Assembly (NCBI GenBank): GCA_964558575.1
Contig: CAZLEQ010000006.1
Span: 12,923 to 76,922 of the forward strand
Origin: an uncultured Acidimicrobiaceae bacterium
Lineage (GTDB): Bacteria > Actinomycetota > Acidimicrobiia > Spongiisociales > ZC4RG35
Length of the DNA stretch: 64,000 nt
Direction of reading: 5' to 3'
The notes beneath the pieces are model-generated. The model was not told where the DNA came from. It saw only the letters and a program-made list of their open reading frames with translations, and did no database searches. Below are positions 47,293-57,035 of this stretch, piece by piece; the stretch's first letter is position 1; every line of letters begins with the position of its first letter. The translations under genes were made by a program, and so were the position numbers.

Positions 47293-47365
47293 CAGGTCAG
47301 GCTATACGCAGCGAGGCATTGGGGAAACCCGGATCGGGGGAACGATCCTCCCTAGTGTCGCCCCG

Positions 47366-47824
47366 ATGCATCGGGTGGTGGCTTCGTGGTTTGGCACCGG
47401 CCTGATCCTCGGCCGCGTTCGGGGGAGCCATCTCGGTTCCGGCACCGTTGGAGCGTTGTTCGCCCTTCCGGTGGCTCTGCTGGTGGGGAACTGGTTCGGG
47501 TGGCAGGGCCAGCTGGCGGCTGCCGTGGTGGTGGTGGCTACCAGTGTGTGGTCGGCAGGGCCCTTCGTGGGAGCCGAGGGTGATGCCGGTTGGATCTGCG
47601 TCGATGAGGCGGCGGGAGCTTTCATCGCCGTGATCGGGCTCGGAATCTGGCCCGGTGCGATCGTGGCATGGTTGGTCTTTCGGGCCGCCGACATCTTCAA
47701 GAACTTCGCTCCGGGCGTGGCCCGTGCCGAGCGACTACCGGGTGCGGTCGGCGTCACCGCCGACGACGTGGTTGCGGGACTCTACGGGCTCGCCGCCGGA
47801 CACCTACTGGAGGCATTGCTCTAG
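47366..47824 (+). CDS. pgpA: phosphatidylglycerophosphatase A
   Basis: ORF 47234..47824. Start set to ATG 47366. WFGTGL...GSGTVGAL...DEAAG...RAADIFK...GVTADDVVAGLY. Confidence 0.85.
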   Translation: MHRVVASWFGTGLILGRVRGSHLGSGTVGALFALPVALLVGNWFGWQGQLAAAVVVVATSVWSAGPFVGAEGDAGWICVDEAAGAFIAVIGLGIWPGAIVAWLVFRAADIFKNFAPGVARAERLPGAVGVTADDVVAGLYGLAAGHLLEALL

Positions 47825-47830
47825 ATTCCC

Positions 47831-48274
47831 ATGATGGACTGGCATATCTCAACGGTCGTGGTCGGAGTCGACGGGTCAGAAGGGAGCCTCCGTGCCGCGC
47901 AGCACGGTGTTGCAATCGCCCATCACTGGGCAGCTCACTTGAAGCTGGTGACGGTGGTGCGCACCCCCGAGGGTTGGTGGGGAATCGGCGGCGCGCCCCC
48001 CAGCCCCGAGTCGCTGTCGACGGCTCTGGTCGAAGGGCAACAGAAGATCTTGCGTGAGTTCGAGCAGCAGCTCGACCTCGATGAAGTCGACTACGAAACG
48101 GTCGCAGAGCTCGGTGACCCTGTGACTCGCCTCCTCGTCGTCTGCGAGGCCAGCGATGCCGACATGCTGGTCATCGGCCGCCGTGGTGCGGGACTCGCCG
48201 AGAGGGTGATACTCGGCTCGACCGCGGACCGCTTGACGCACCTGGCCGAGTGCCCGGTTCTGGTGGTCCCTTAG
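47831..48274 (+). CDS. universal stress protein
   Basis: 147 aa. VVVGVDGSEGSLRAAQH...MLVIGRRGAGLAERVILGSTADRL. Confidence 0.88.
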   Translation: MMDWHISTVVVGVDGSEGSLRAAQHGVAIAHHWAAHLKLVTVVRTPEGWWGIGGAPPSPESLSTALVEGQQKILREFEQQLDLDEVDYETVAELGDPVTRLLVVCEASDADMLVIGRRGAGLAERVILGSTADRLTHLAECPVLVVP

Positions 48275-48277
48275 CCG

Positions 48278-48562
48278 TCAGGATTCCACCCTCACCACTC
48301 CCCTGAAGGCCACGTAGTCCTTGATCGCGCTGGCTGCATTCTTCGGAGTGGCGTAGTACCAAGCCGCGGCGTGACTGGTGGTGTCGCCGACGCTGACGTC
48401 GTAGTAGTTGGCCGTCCCCTTCCAACCGCACACCGTGATCTTCTCGGAAGTCGAGAAGTAGTCCAGGTTCACCGACTGTGGCGGGAAGTAGTGGTTCCCC
48501 TCGACGATCACGGTCTCCTCGCTCTCGGCGATGACGACACCATTGAGGATTGCTCTCACCAT
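48278..48562 (-). CDS. DUF427 domain protein
   Basis: C-terminal 94 aa of ORF 48278..49486, from ATG 48560-48562. ...VVIAESEETVIVEGNHYFPPQSV...CGWKGTANYYDV. Confidence 0.8.
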   Translation of the reverse strand: MVRAILNGVVIAESEETVIVEGNHYFPPQSVNLDYFSTSEKITVCGWKGTANYYDVSVGDTTSHAAAWYYATPKNAASAIKDYVAFRGVVRVES

Positions 48563-48611
48563 GTCGCTTCGAACAAGGCCCCCCGGAGCGCTATTCCCTA
48601 CCCTCGCCGAA

Positions 48612-49247
48612 GTGCTCAACACCGTCATCATCCCGGTCAAGTCCTTCACTATGGGTAAGCGTCGCCTGGCGGCTGCAATCGATGCGGGGACACGGGCGAG
48701 TCTGGTACGCGGTCTCGCCGAGCACGTCGCCTCGACCGTGGCCTCCATCGGGCTGACCCCGCTCATCGTCACCGCGGAGCCGGAGGTGGCGGAGTGGTCG
48801 ACGCGGGCGGGTTTCCCCAGCCTGCCCGATCCCGGTACTGGCCTCGACGAAGCGGCCCGAGTCGGCGTCGAATGGGTGCGGAACCTCTCGCCCGGTTGGA
48901 TGATCTTGCACAGCGACCTGCCCCTCGTCGACGCCGCAGATGTCAGGGCTCTCGTGTCGGGCCTCGAGACACGCGGAGAGGTCATCGCCCCTTCGGCCGA
49001 CGGAGGCACATCTGCCATCGGGAGCCGGGAGGTGTTTCCCTTCTCTTTTGGACTCTCCAGCTTCCATCGGCATCTGCGGAGACTCGACCAACCCGCGGTG
49101 CTGGCCCGACCGGGCCTGCTGCTCGACCTCGACTCCCCGCTCGATCTGCAATCCGCGGCGACCACGGCTCGGGGAAAATGGGTCGGAGAGCTCGTCGAGC
49201 GAAACCGGGGCGGAGAGGGCGGGTCGATATCTACTATGACCCCGTGA
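48612..49247 (+). CDS. cofC: 2-phospho-L-lactate (or PEP) guanylyltransferase, F420 biosynthesis
   Basis: ORF 48531..49247. Probable GTG start at 48612 (VLNTVIIPVKSFTMGKRRL). ...ILHSDLPLV...APSADGGTSA. Confidence 0.8.
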   Translation: MLNTVIIPVKSFTMGKRRLAAAIDAGTRASLVRGLAEHVASTVASIGLTPLIVTAEPEVAEWSTRAGFPSLPDPGTGLDEAARVGVEWVRNLSPGWMILHSDLPLVDAADVRALVSGLETRGEVIAPSADGGTSAIGSREVFPFSFGLSSFHRHLRRLDQPAVLARPGLLLDLDSPLDLQSAATTARGKWVGELVERNRGGEGGSISTMTP

Positions 49248-49948
49248 CCAAGACGTTTGTGATCACCGGCGGAACCGGAGGACTGGGCACAGCCCTGGTC
49301 CGACGGCTCATCGCCAAAGACCATCGCCTGGCCGTGACCTATCTGCTCCCCGACGAGGCCCAGTCCTTCGAGACCGAGTTCGAGGTGGATGAGGAGAGGA
49401 TCATGCTCACCCGGGTCGACTGCGCCAACGCCGAAGCGGTCAACAGCTATGTCAAGGAAGTGGCCGACCATTGGGGGGAGATCCACGGCCTCTGCTCACT
49501 GGTGGGAGGCTGGGCCGGCGGTCGCGACGTCGAAGAGACCGACGACGTCCGTTTCGAGCGGATGCTCGACCTCAACCTGAGATCGGCGTTCTACGCGGTG
49601 CGCGCCGTCATCCCCCATCTCAAAGAGGCGGAATGGGGCCGCATTCTCCTGGTGGGGAGCCGCGGCGCCGTCGACTTCTTCGAAGCGCAGGCCGCTTTCA
49701 ACATCGCCAAGGCCGGAGTGGCCGCCCTGGGCCAGAGCCTGGCCACCGAGCTCGACGGCACCGGCGTGACCGCCAATGTCCTCGTGCCTTCGGTCATCGA
49801 CACCCCGGCGACGCGGAGATCCCTGCCGTACGCCGACTACGTGAACTGGCCGACTCCCGACGAGATCGCCGCCGTCGCCGAGTTCATGCTCAGCGAAGAC
49901 TCGAGCGTGATGAACGGTGCACTGATACCGGTCTACGGCAGGGCCTAG
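49244..49948 (+). CDS. short-chain dehydrogenase/reductase (SDR)
   Basis: Tail of ORF 48794..49948. GTG 49244 overlaps the cofC stop. TKTFVITGGTGGLGTAL Rossmann motif. AAFNIAKAG in place of YxxxK. Confidence 0.8.
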   Translation: MTKTFVITGGTGGLGTALVRRLIAKDHRLAVTYLLPDEAQSFETEFEVDEERIMLTRVDCANAEAVNSYVKEVADHWGEIHGLCSLVGGWAGGRDVEETDDVRFERMLDLNLRSAFYAVRAVIPHLKEAEWGRILLVGSRGAVDFFEAQAAFNIAKAGVAALGQSLATELDGTGVTANVLVPSVIDTPATRRSLPYADYVNWPTPDEIAAVAEFMLSEDSSVMNGALIPVYGRA

Positions 49949-50937
49949 GAACTCAGCTCCAACCACTCCCCGTGGGGCTGTGCAGTGCCAACGGCGACCG
50001 GCCCGCTGCCATCGTCGAGGGTGAGCTTCGCCGCCTCGTCACTCCAGTCGAGCAACTCCATCGATACTCTCCACAATGGCCGTGCCCGGCGGGCAGCCGA
50101 CAGCTCCTCGTCGACGACCGACCGTTGCTCCCGGCTGAACTGGTTCAAGGCGAAAGAGTGCATCACCACCACCGGTTCGTCTCCCGATAGCCCTGACAGA
50201 GTCGATCCCAAAGTCTCCACCGCGTCACCGGCGACCAGATCGACGTCCGTCGCCGGGTACATGTCGAAGGCCGCCTGGAGGCGCTGTCGCCGATCTGTCT
50301 GCTCGGGCCAGATCAGAGCCTCCAGCCACAGACGGTCGCCGGGGTCGGAGGGGTCGAGCGGATTCAGGTCGAGGCCGGTGCGGCTCAGCACCTCGATCTC
50401 CTCCGGTGCGGGAGCCCGTCCCCGGAGCGAGCAATCGAGGGTGATCGGAGCTCTTGGGCCCCACTCGAGGCCGTCCCATCGATAGTGATATCGGTCGATG
50501 GCCAGGTTGAGCCCGGCACTGGTGCCGAGGTCGATGAGATGGAATCGGCTGAGGCCGGTCTCCCAGATCGCGGGCAGAAGGGCGGTGCACCGCCTGACCT
50601 CGTTGGTTTGGGTGTGACGGGTGCGGCCGATCTCCACCAGCTCGGCCTGATGTTCCAACACGAATTCCCGAAACGGCCCGGCGACTTCTTCGACCGGGGC
50701 GGGATCGTCGCTCAGGTCGGGGTAGTGGCGAGCCAGCTGCTGGGCCGGATCCTGCATCAGGAGACTGTGGATGCCGGCGAGGAGAACGTTGGGCTGGGGC
50801 TTGTGCTCGATCCGGTTGAGCACCGCCATCAGCTGGTCGTCGCCGGCGATGACACCCATGAGGTGGGAGTAGAGCGGGGAACCTGTGGCGTGCTGCAGCC
50901 AGGTCCTCACCGCCTCGGGTGTCAGGGGCTCGGTCAC
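49945..50937 (-). CDS. DUF2332 domain protein
   Basis: ORF 49945..51015. Probable GTG start at 50935-50937, overlapping the rnhA stop (GTGA). ...GSPLYSHLMGVIAGDD... pattern. Confidence 0.7.
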   Translation of the reverse strand: MTEPLTPEAVRTWLQHATGSPLYSHLMGVIAGDDQLMAVLNRIEHKPQPNVLLAGIHSLLMQDPAQQLARHYPDLSDDPAPVEEVAGPFREFVLEHQAELVEIGRTRHTQTNEVRRCTALLPAIWETGLSRFHLIDLGTSAGLNLAIDRYHYRWDGLEWGPRAPITLDCSLRGRAPAPEEIEVLSRTGLDLNPLDPSDPGDRLWLEALIWPEQTDRRQRLQAAFDMYPATDVDLVAGDAVETLGSTLSGLSGDEPVVVMHSFALNQFSREQRSVVDEELSAARRARPLWRVSMELLDWSDEAAKLTLDDGSGPVAVGTAQPHGEWLELSS

Positions 50938-51587
50938 AATGTGGCGCGTCGGTATGCCGTGGCCAGGGCGTCGGCGTACTCGTTCCACCGATAGCCGCTG
51001 TGGGCAGGAATCCACTGGATCCGGGCGTTCGGCTTCGTCTTCGTTAGCTCATACGCCTCCCGGACCAGCTCCAGGTTGGCGATGGGGCCGGACGACTTCT
51101 TGGTCCAGCCCCGCGCCTCCCACCCCCTCGCCCACTCGGTGAGGGTGTTCACCACGAGCTGGGAGTCGGTGTAGACGTTGGTGGGCGTGTCCGCAGGCAG
51201 CATCTTCAGCCCGGCGATCATCGCGGTTAGCTCCATCCGGTTGTTGGTGGTGTGGGCTTCGCTCCCGTAGTCCTGGGTCACCACCTGTCCGTCGACCACC
51301 AGCACCGCACCCCATCCCCCCGGTCCGGGGTTCCCCTCAGATGCACCGTCGGTGAACACTCCCGTCTGGGGGCCATCTGTGAACCTGGCCTTTACCTCGG
51401 CCAGGGTGAGGTCTCGACCCTTGGACACACTGGGGCGACCGGCCGCCTTTCCGCTGCCGGGATTCGATCCGGCCGATCCGGGGCCGTTGCGGCAATCGAG
51501 GCACTGCCTCGGGGTCCATCCTGGGTAGCGGTCGAGGACGTGCTGGGGCAGGCCGAACTCCGTGCCGCAGGTCTGACAGGTGTACAA
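50934..51587 (-). CDS. rnhA: ribonuclease HI with an N-terminal zinc-ribbon extension
   Basis: 217 aa. N-terminal CQTCG...CLDC. RNase H core FTDGASEGNPGPGGWGAV...TNNRMELTA...VYTDSQLV...NEYADALA. Confidence 0.88.
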   Translation of the reverse strand: MYTCQTCGTEFGLPQHVLDRYPGWTPRQCLDCRNGPGSAGSNPGSGKAAGRPSVSKGRDLTLAEVKARFTDGPQTGVFTDGASEGNPGPGGWGAVLVVDGQVVTQDYGSEAHTTNNRMELTAMIAGLKMLPADTPTNVYTDSQLVVNTLTEWARGWEARGWTKKSSGPIANLELVREAYELTKTKPNARIQWIPAHSGYRWNEYADALATAYRRATL

Positions 51588-51591
51588 GGTC

Positions 51592-52242
51592 CTAGTCGAC
51601 CTTCTCGAATGCTGAGCTGAACTGGGGTGTCTTGAAGAAGCTGAACTCCTTGGCCGTCTCCTTCATGCCCATCGGCTCCAGCATCCGTCTCAACTTTCGC
51701 GGCCACAGTTGGTGGCAGTGGACGTCCCGGGCCCGGAACGGAGTCCCGTGCAACACGATGGAACTGGGCACCGCATAGAGGCCCTGTATGGGCTCGGCCG
51801 GGTAGACCAACACGAGATGCCCTCCCGGCTTCAAGACCCTGACCATCTCCTCGATCGCCTGACCGAGTCGTGGGATGTGCTCGATGGCGTGGACCGATAT
51901 CACCGCATCGAACGTCTCGTCCTCGAACTCCAGGGATTCGGCGCTCATGTATCGGATTCGGCCGTTCTCGGCGACCTCGGGGGCGCGGGGGTTGGCGTCG
52001 ATGCCGACGATGTCGACGCCACGTGACGCGATTGCCTCGGTCAGATGACCCTGGCCGCATCCGACTTCGAGAACTCGATCTCCGGGCCCGATCGACAACA
52101 GGCGATCGACGCGCTGCAGATGAGACGGATCCCAACGGTTGAGGAGGGCATAACGACGGGAGTCGTAGGTGGTCAACCTCCCAAGCCTATCGGAGCGATT
52201 CGAGATGTGGGGCGACGGAGTAGTCGAGGATCTCCGGACCAA
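51592..52242 (-). CDS. class I SAM-dependent methyltransferase
   Basis: 216 aa. VLEVGCGQGHLT motif I, FDAVISVHAIEHIP, LKPGGHLVLVY. Start codon uncertain (TTG candidates). Confidence 0.8.
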   Translation of the reverse strand: MVRRSSTTPSPHISNRSDRLGRLTTYDSRRYALLNRWDPSHLQRVDRLLSIGPGDRVLEVGCGQGHLTEAIASRGVDIVGIDANPRAPEVAENGRIRYMSAESLEFEDETFDAVISVHAIEHIPRLGQAIEEMVRVLKPGGHLVLVYPAEPIQGLYAVPSSIVLHGTPFRARDVHCHQLWPRKLRRMLEPMGMKETAKEFSFFKTPQFSSAFEKVD

Positions 52243-53452
52243 GGTCGGTCATGGCTATGTGGGTGAGCGAGGTGTTGGCCGGGGTGAACAGTGATTCGGA
52301 GTGGGTGTCGGTCGTCTTGGTGAGCGACGAGACGTAAGACCTTATGGCACCACCGTGGGCCACGGCCACCGTGAGACCGTCGTCGGAGTGTTCCAGGTTC
52401 CGGACCGCGGCCGCGAACCTCCTGGTCAGCTGAGTCCAGGTCTCTCCGGTGCTGCCACGGGGGAGGTCGTGCCCGTGGCGGTAGATCTTCTCCATCTCGT
52501 CGGCCCATCTCTCAGCGATCTCGGCAGTGGTCATCCCCTCCCATTCGCCCATGTGGATCTCCATGAAGTCGTCCACGGATATGACACCGTTCAAGGCCAC
52601 GTAGGTGGCGGTGGAGGCGGCCCTCTTCAAGGGTGAGCTGTAGACCACGGGGTGGCGGCCGTACCACTGTCCGAGCGCCTCCGCCTGGCGTCGACCGAGT
52701 TCGTCGAGGTCCCAGTCACCTCTCCCTTGCCAGCGACCCTCCACATTTGCCCGGGTCCGTCCGTGACGGATCAGGGTGACGACTGTGTCTCCTCTCGCCA
52801 GATGGTCGTCGAGAGCTGCAGGGCGGGGCCCGAGATGCCCGACATCGTTGAAAGAGGCGAGACGGGGGCGGCCGAACTGCTGGACGACACGGGTTATCCC
52901 CGTGTTGGCGACGAAGGCATGGACCCGACGCCCGTCACCGGCGAGGTGGCGGTGGAGCACTGCCTGCATGAATCCACCATGGGTGACCACGGCCACCCGC
53001 TGGCCGCGGCTCATGGTGTCGAAGATCCTGTCGACTGCCCCGATGGCGCGCTTTCCCGCCTGGTCGAGGGTCTCGCCAGTTCCTCCCATCGGCAGCGTCC
53101 TGGTCCTGATCGCCTCGGCCAACTCGTCGCCGTGCTCCTCCTGGACATCGGAGAAGCGCATCCCCTCCCATTTTCCGAGGTCGATCTCCACTAGGTCGTC
53201 GTCGACCTCCACCTCTTCGGAAAAGGCGGCCGCGGTAATTCGGGCGCGAGTCAGCGGCGATGAGATGACCGCGTCGAAGACCCACGTGGAGAGACGACGC
53301 CCCAGGGACTCCAGACTGGCCTCCCCGGCGTCGCTGAGGGGACCATCCGAGCGCCCGTTCCAGACCCCGTCGCGGTTAGCTTGCGACTCGGCATGACGGA
53401 TGAGGACGATCTCTTTCCACTCGTCGTTTATCGGGTAGGGCTGTGCTGACAT
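52187..53452 (-). CDS. tandem double histidine-phosphatase (phosphoglycerate mutase-like) protein
   Basis: 421 aa with two RHG/RHA...H domains (LIRHAESQANRDG... and LIRHGRTRANVEG...). Confidence 0.85.
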   Translation of the reverse strand: MSAQPYPINDEWKEIVLIRHAESQANRDGVWNGRSDGPLSDAGEASLESLGRRLSTWVFDAVISSPLTRARITAAAFSEEVEVDDDLVEIDLGKWEGMRFSDVQEEHGDELAEAIRTRTLPMGGTGETLDQAGKRAIGAVDRIFDTMSRGQRVAVVTHGGFMQAVLHRHLAGDGRRVHAFVANTGITRVVQQFGRPRLASFNDVGHLGPRPAALDDHLARGDTVVTLIRHGRTRANVEGRWQGRGDWDLDELGRRQAEALGQWYGRHPVVYSSPLKRAASTATYVALNGVISVDDFMEIHMGEWEGMTTAEIAERWADEMEKIYRHGHDLPRGSTGETWTQLTRRFAAAVRNLEHSDDGLTVAVAHGGAIRSYVSSLTKTTDTHSESLFTPANTSLTHIAMTDLGPEILDYSVAPHLESLR

Positions 53453-53560
53453 GCCCTGTCGAGCTTACGAGGGGAGCGGTGTCACGCTAAAACGACGACC
53501 ACTGACCGTCGAGGCTGCACCAGGGAGCGGAAACCGAGCCCTGGTGCAGCGTCGACGGAT

Positions 53561-55618
53561 CTAGGCGATGAAGGCCGAGGCGAAGATCAGCGAGACGATG
53601 GTCATCACCTTGATGACGATGTTCATCGCCGGGCCGGAGGTGTCCTTGAACGGGTCGCCCACCGTGTCGCCGATGACCGCCGCTTTGTGGGCATCACTGC
53701 CCTTACCGCCGAAGGCGCCGGCCTCGATGAACTTCTTGGCGTTGTCCCACGCACCACCGGCGTTGGCCATGTAGATGGCGAGCAGGAACCCGGTCACCAG
53801 CGCGCCACCCAAGAGCCCACCGAGTGCCTCGACATGGATGAACCCGACGATGAGGGGCAGGGCCACGGCGAGCGAGCCCGGGACGATCATCTCCCGCAGC
53901 GCCCCGGCGGTGGCGATGTCGACACAGGTGGTGTAGTCGGGACGTGCGTCCGGGTCGCCCTCCCGGAGACCGGGGATCTCACGGAACTGACGTCTCACCT
54001 CGTCGATCATCTTGCCTGCCGCCCGACCGACCGCGTTCATGGTCATGGCCGCGAAGAGGAACGGGAACATCGCCCCGAGGAACAGGCCAATCGTCACCGG
54101 GGCCGAAGATATGTCGATGGTCTCCAGATTCACCGCCTGCGTGAACGCGCTGAAGAGGGCGAGCGCGGTGACTGCAGCCGAGGCGATGGCGAAACCCTTG
54201 GCGATCGCGGCGGTGGTGTTACCCAGCGAGTCGAGGGCATCGGTCGCCTCCCTCACCTCCGGTGGCAGGTGTGCCATCTCGGCGATGCCGCCGGCGTTGT
54301 CCGCGATCGGCCCATAGGCATCCACGGAGATGGTGATCCCGAGGGTGGCGAGCACCCCGATGGCGGCGATGGCCACGCCGTAGATGCCGCCTCCGTCGCC
54401 CAACGCCCAGTCGCCGGCCCAGTGGGCCGCCCCGATACCACCGGCCACGACGATGACCGAGTAGGCGGCGGATCGCATTCCCTCGGCGACTCCGGAGATG
54501 ATGACCGTCGCCGGCCCGGTCTGAGCCTGACGGGCTATCTCCTTGACCGTCTTGTAGTGATCGGAGGTGAACCACTCGGAGATCTTCCCCACGAACCACC
54601 CGACGATCAGACCGGCCACCACGGCGACCCAGAGCCCGAGCCAGTTGTCGGCGATGTCACCGAAGATCCAGTAGGTGAGCCCGACGACGCCGATGGCGGT
54701 CACGATCATTGCGAAGTTGGTGCCGCGGTGAAGGGCGGCGGCGAGGTGCGACTCGTCCTTTGTCTTCACCAGGAACGACCCGATGATCGAGGCGAACATG
54801 CCCAGGGCTGCCACCGCCAGGGGGAAGATGATCGCAGACGCTCGCACATCGCCACTGAAGACGAAGATCGAGTAGGCGATGGGGGCAACCAGCGACCCAA
54901 CATACGACTCGAAGAGGTCGGCGCCCATGCCGGCGACGTCACCCACGTTGTCACCCACGTTGTCGGCGATCACTGCCGGGTTGCGCGGGTCGTCCTCGGG
55001 GATGCCGGCTTCGACCTTGCCCACCAGGTCGGCACCGACGTCGGCGGCCTTGGTGTAGATACCACCGCCGACACGGGCGAACAGGGCGATCGAGGAGCCA
55101 CCCAGGCCGATGGCGGTGACGATGTCGACCCAGTCGGGGTCGGCCAGCAAACCTCCCTCGCTGAACAGCCAGATGGCGATGGCGACCCCGAGAAGACCGA
55201 GACCGGCCACGGTGAAGCCCATCACCGCGCCACCACGGAAAGCGACGGGGAGGGCGGCGGGTATCCCTCCGGTGCGCGCCGCCTCGGTGGTCCGGGCGTT
55301 GGCCGCGGTGGCGATCCGCATGCCGACGAACCCGGCCAGGGCCGAGAGCACCGCACCGAACACGTAGGCAACCGATCCCCAGGGGCGGCCCCACTCCAAC
55401 AGCACCGCGATGAGCACCGCCATCACCACCACGAATACCGAGACCCAGGTGTATTCCCGTTTGAGGAAGGCCATCGCGCCCTGCCGGATCGCGGCCGACA
55501 ACTCGACCATGCGCTCGTTGCCCTGGGGTGCAGCCAGAACGGCGCGGGTGTAGTACACGGCCAGCACCAGGGCCAGCACGCCCGCGACGAGCGCGATGTA
55601 CAGGATCGTGTCCGTCAT
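53561..55618 (-). CDS. hppA: membrane-bound proton/sodium-translocating pyrophosphatase
   Basis: 685 aa polytopic protein. Motifs ADNVGDNVGDVAGMGADLFESY and GDTVGDPFKDTSGP. Confidence 0.93.
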   Translation of the reverse strand: MTDTILYIALVAGVLALVLAVYYTRAVLAAPQGNERMVELSAAIRQGAMAFLKREYTWVSVFVVVMAVLIAVLLEWGRPWGSVAYVFGAVLSALAGFVGMRIATAANARTTEAARTGGIPAALPVAFRGGAVMGFTVAGLGLLGVAIAIWLFSEGGLLADPDWVDIVTAIGLGGSSIALFARVGGGIYTKAADVGADLVGKVEAGIPEDDPRNPAVIADNVGDNVGDVAGMGADLFESYVGSLVAPIAYSIFVFSGDVRASAIIFPLAVAALGMFASIIGSFLVKTKDESHLAAALHRGTNFAMIVTAIGVVGLTYWIFGDIADNWLGLWVAVVAGLIVGWFVGKISEWFTSDHYKTVKEIARQAQTGPATVIISGVAEGMRSAAYSVIVVAGGIGAAHWAGDWALGDGGGIYGVAIAAIGVLATLGITISVDAYGPIADNAGGIAEMAHLPPEVREATDALDSLGNTTAAIAKGFAIASAAVTALALFSAFTQAVNLETIDISSAPVTIGLFLGAMFPFLFAAMTMNAVGRAAGKMIDEVRRQFREIPGLREGDPDARPDYTTCVDIATAGALREMIVPGSLAVALPLIVGFIHVEALGGLLGGALVTGFLLAIYMANAGGAWDNAKKFIEAGAFGGKGSDAHKAAVIGDTVGDPFKDTSGPAMNIVIKVMTIVSLIFASAFIA

Positions 55619-55721
55619 ATGAGCAGTCCCTCCGGAGGATCGGGTAGATCGGAGCGGTGCGGGAGTATAGGTACCGGTCTCATTCCAGGCCGAACCGAGC
55701 GGGAGTCGATCCTCAGCCCAG

Positions 55722-55742
55722 ATAGTGGACTCAGTCCACTAT
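55722..55742. promoter_or_regulatory. candidate MarR operator (perfect 9-bp inverted repeat)
   Basis: ATAGTGGAC-TCA-GTCCACTAT ends 2 nt before the ATG of the MarR-GNAT gene, in the divergent hppA/marR intergenic region. Confidence 0.5.
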
Positions 55743-55743
55743 C

Positions 55744-56670
55744 ATGATCGTCGTGGTTGCCGACACGGCAGTGGCCCGGGTCCGGGAGTTCAACCGGGAT
55801 TGGACGGAGGTCCTCGGCCTGCTCGACCGCGGGCTGCTCGATACCGAATACACCCTCGCCGAGTCCCGGGTGATCTTCGAGTTGGCACAGCGAGAGTCGT
55901 GGGAACGGCTTGCCCTCCGCGAACGGCTGGGGATGGACCCCAGCTTCATGACCCGGGTGTTGCGACGTCTCGAGGACGAGGGACTGGTCGAGTCGAGCCA
56001 GTCGATGAGCGACGGGCGGGCACTCGACCTGCGGCTGACCGACCCGGGGAGAAGGGCCTTCGTACTTCTCAACCAGCGCTCCTCAGACCAGGTGACCGAG
56101 TTGCTGGCGCCACTCACCGATGATCAGGTCGACATCCTCCTCGAGTCGATGACGATCATCTCCCGGCTGATTCGCCCGGGTCGCACCACTGGACATCTGG
56201 CGGTGCGCGGTCTCGCCCCGGGGGATCTGGGCTGGGTGGTGCAACGTCACGGTGCCCTCTACTGGGACGAGTACCGATGGGATCAGGAGTTCGAGGCTCT
56301 CGTGGGCCGGATCGTCGCCGATTACGCAGCCGACCAGGACCCCGAGCGCGAGAACGCGTGGATCGCAGAGCTCGACGGAGCCCGTGCCGGCTGCGTGTTC
56401 TGTTGTCGGCGCGACCAGGAGACCGCGCAGTTGCGGATCCTCCTCGTCGAGCCCTGGGCCCGGGGCCATGGCATCGGCCGGTCACTCGTCGACCGGTGTA
56501 TCGAGTTCGCCCGACAGGCGGGGTACGCGAAGATGGTCCTCTGGACCAACGATGTACTGGTCTCGGCGAGACGGATCTACGAAGCGGTGGGGTTCGAGCT
56601 GGTCGAAGAGGAGCGACACCACAGCTTCGGACACGACCTGGTGGGACAGTACTGGGAACTCGAGCTCTGA
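55744..56670 (+). CDS. MarR-family regulator fused to a GNAT acetyltransferase domain
   Basis: 308 aa. N-terminal wHTH (ESRVIFELAQ...LGMDPSFMTRVLRRLEDEGLVE). C-terminal GNAT (LRILLVEPWARGHGIGRSLV). Confidence 0.85.
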   Translation: MIVVVADTAVARVREFNRDWTEVLGLLDRGLLDTEYTLAESRVIFELAQRESWERLALRERLGMDPSFMTRVLRRLEDEGLVESSQSMSDGRALDLRLTDPGRRAFVLLNQRSSDQVTELLAPLTDDQVDILLESMTIISRLIRPGRTTGHLAVRGLAPGDLGWVVQRHGALYWDEYRWDQEFEALVGRIVADYAADQDPERENAWIAELDGARAGCVFCCRRDQETAQLRILLVEPWARGHGIGRSLVDRCIEFARQAGYAKMVLWTNDVLVSARRIYEAVGFELVEEERHHSFGHDLVGQYWELEL

Positions 56671-56699
56671 CCGAGAAGCCGCGAGGGCGAAAGGGAAGT

Positions 56700-56996
56700 G
56701 TGTACGGACTGATCGGAGAGATAGATGCGGTGGCGGGCAAAGGCGCGGAGCTCGCCGAGGTCCTCGCCCACGTGGCGCCCATGCCGGGTTGCCTCAACTA
56801 CATCGTCGCCGTGGACCGCGAGGATCCAGATGTGATCTGGGTGACGGAGATATGGGAGAGCGCAGAGGCACACAAAGCCTCGCTGCAGCTCCCGTCGGTT
56901 CAGGAGGCGATCACCAAGGGGAGACCGCTGATCGCCGGCTTCAGAAGCCACCACGAGTTGTCGCCTGTCGGAGGGATCTGGGTCGCCCCGCCCTGA
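56700..56996 (+). CDS. antibiotic-biosynthesis-monooxygenase (ABM/Dabb) domain protein
   Basis: GTG 56700 within ORF 56277..56996. VYGLIGEIDAVAGKGAELAEVL...IWVTEIWESAEAHKASL. Confidence 0.7.
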   Translation: MYGLIGEIDAVAGKGAELAEVLAHVAPMPGCLNYIVAVDREDPDVIWVTEIWESAEAHKASLQLPSVQEAITKGRPLIAGFRSHHELSPVGGIWVAPP

Positions 56997-57035
56997 TCCG
57001 TCATTCCTGTCACAGCCGTCTTCTACCTTTGGGCC

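Noticed and set aside
56252-57035. N-terminal 260 aa of the 487-aa ORF 56252..57715.
   Set aside because: It overlaps the MarR-GNAT and ABM genes in other frames and is compositionally junk (R/G/S/P-rich). Only the part from about 57120 onward (the HNH endonuclease) is credible.
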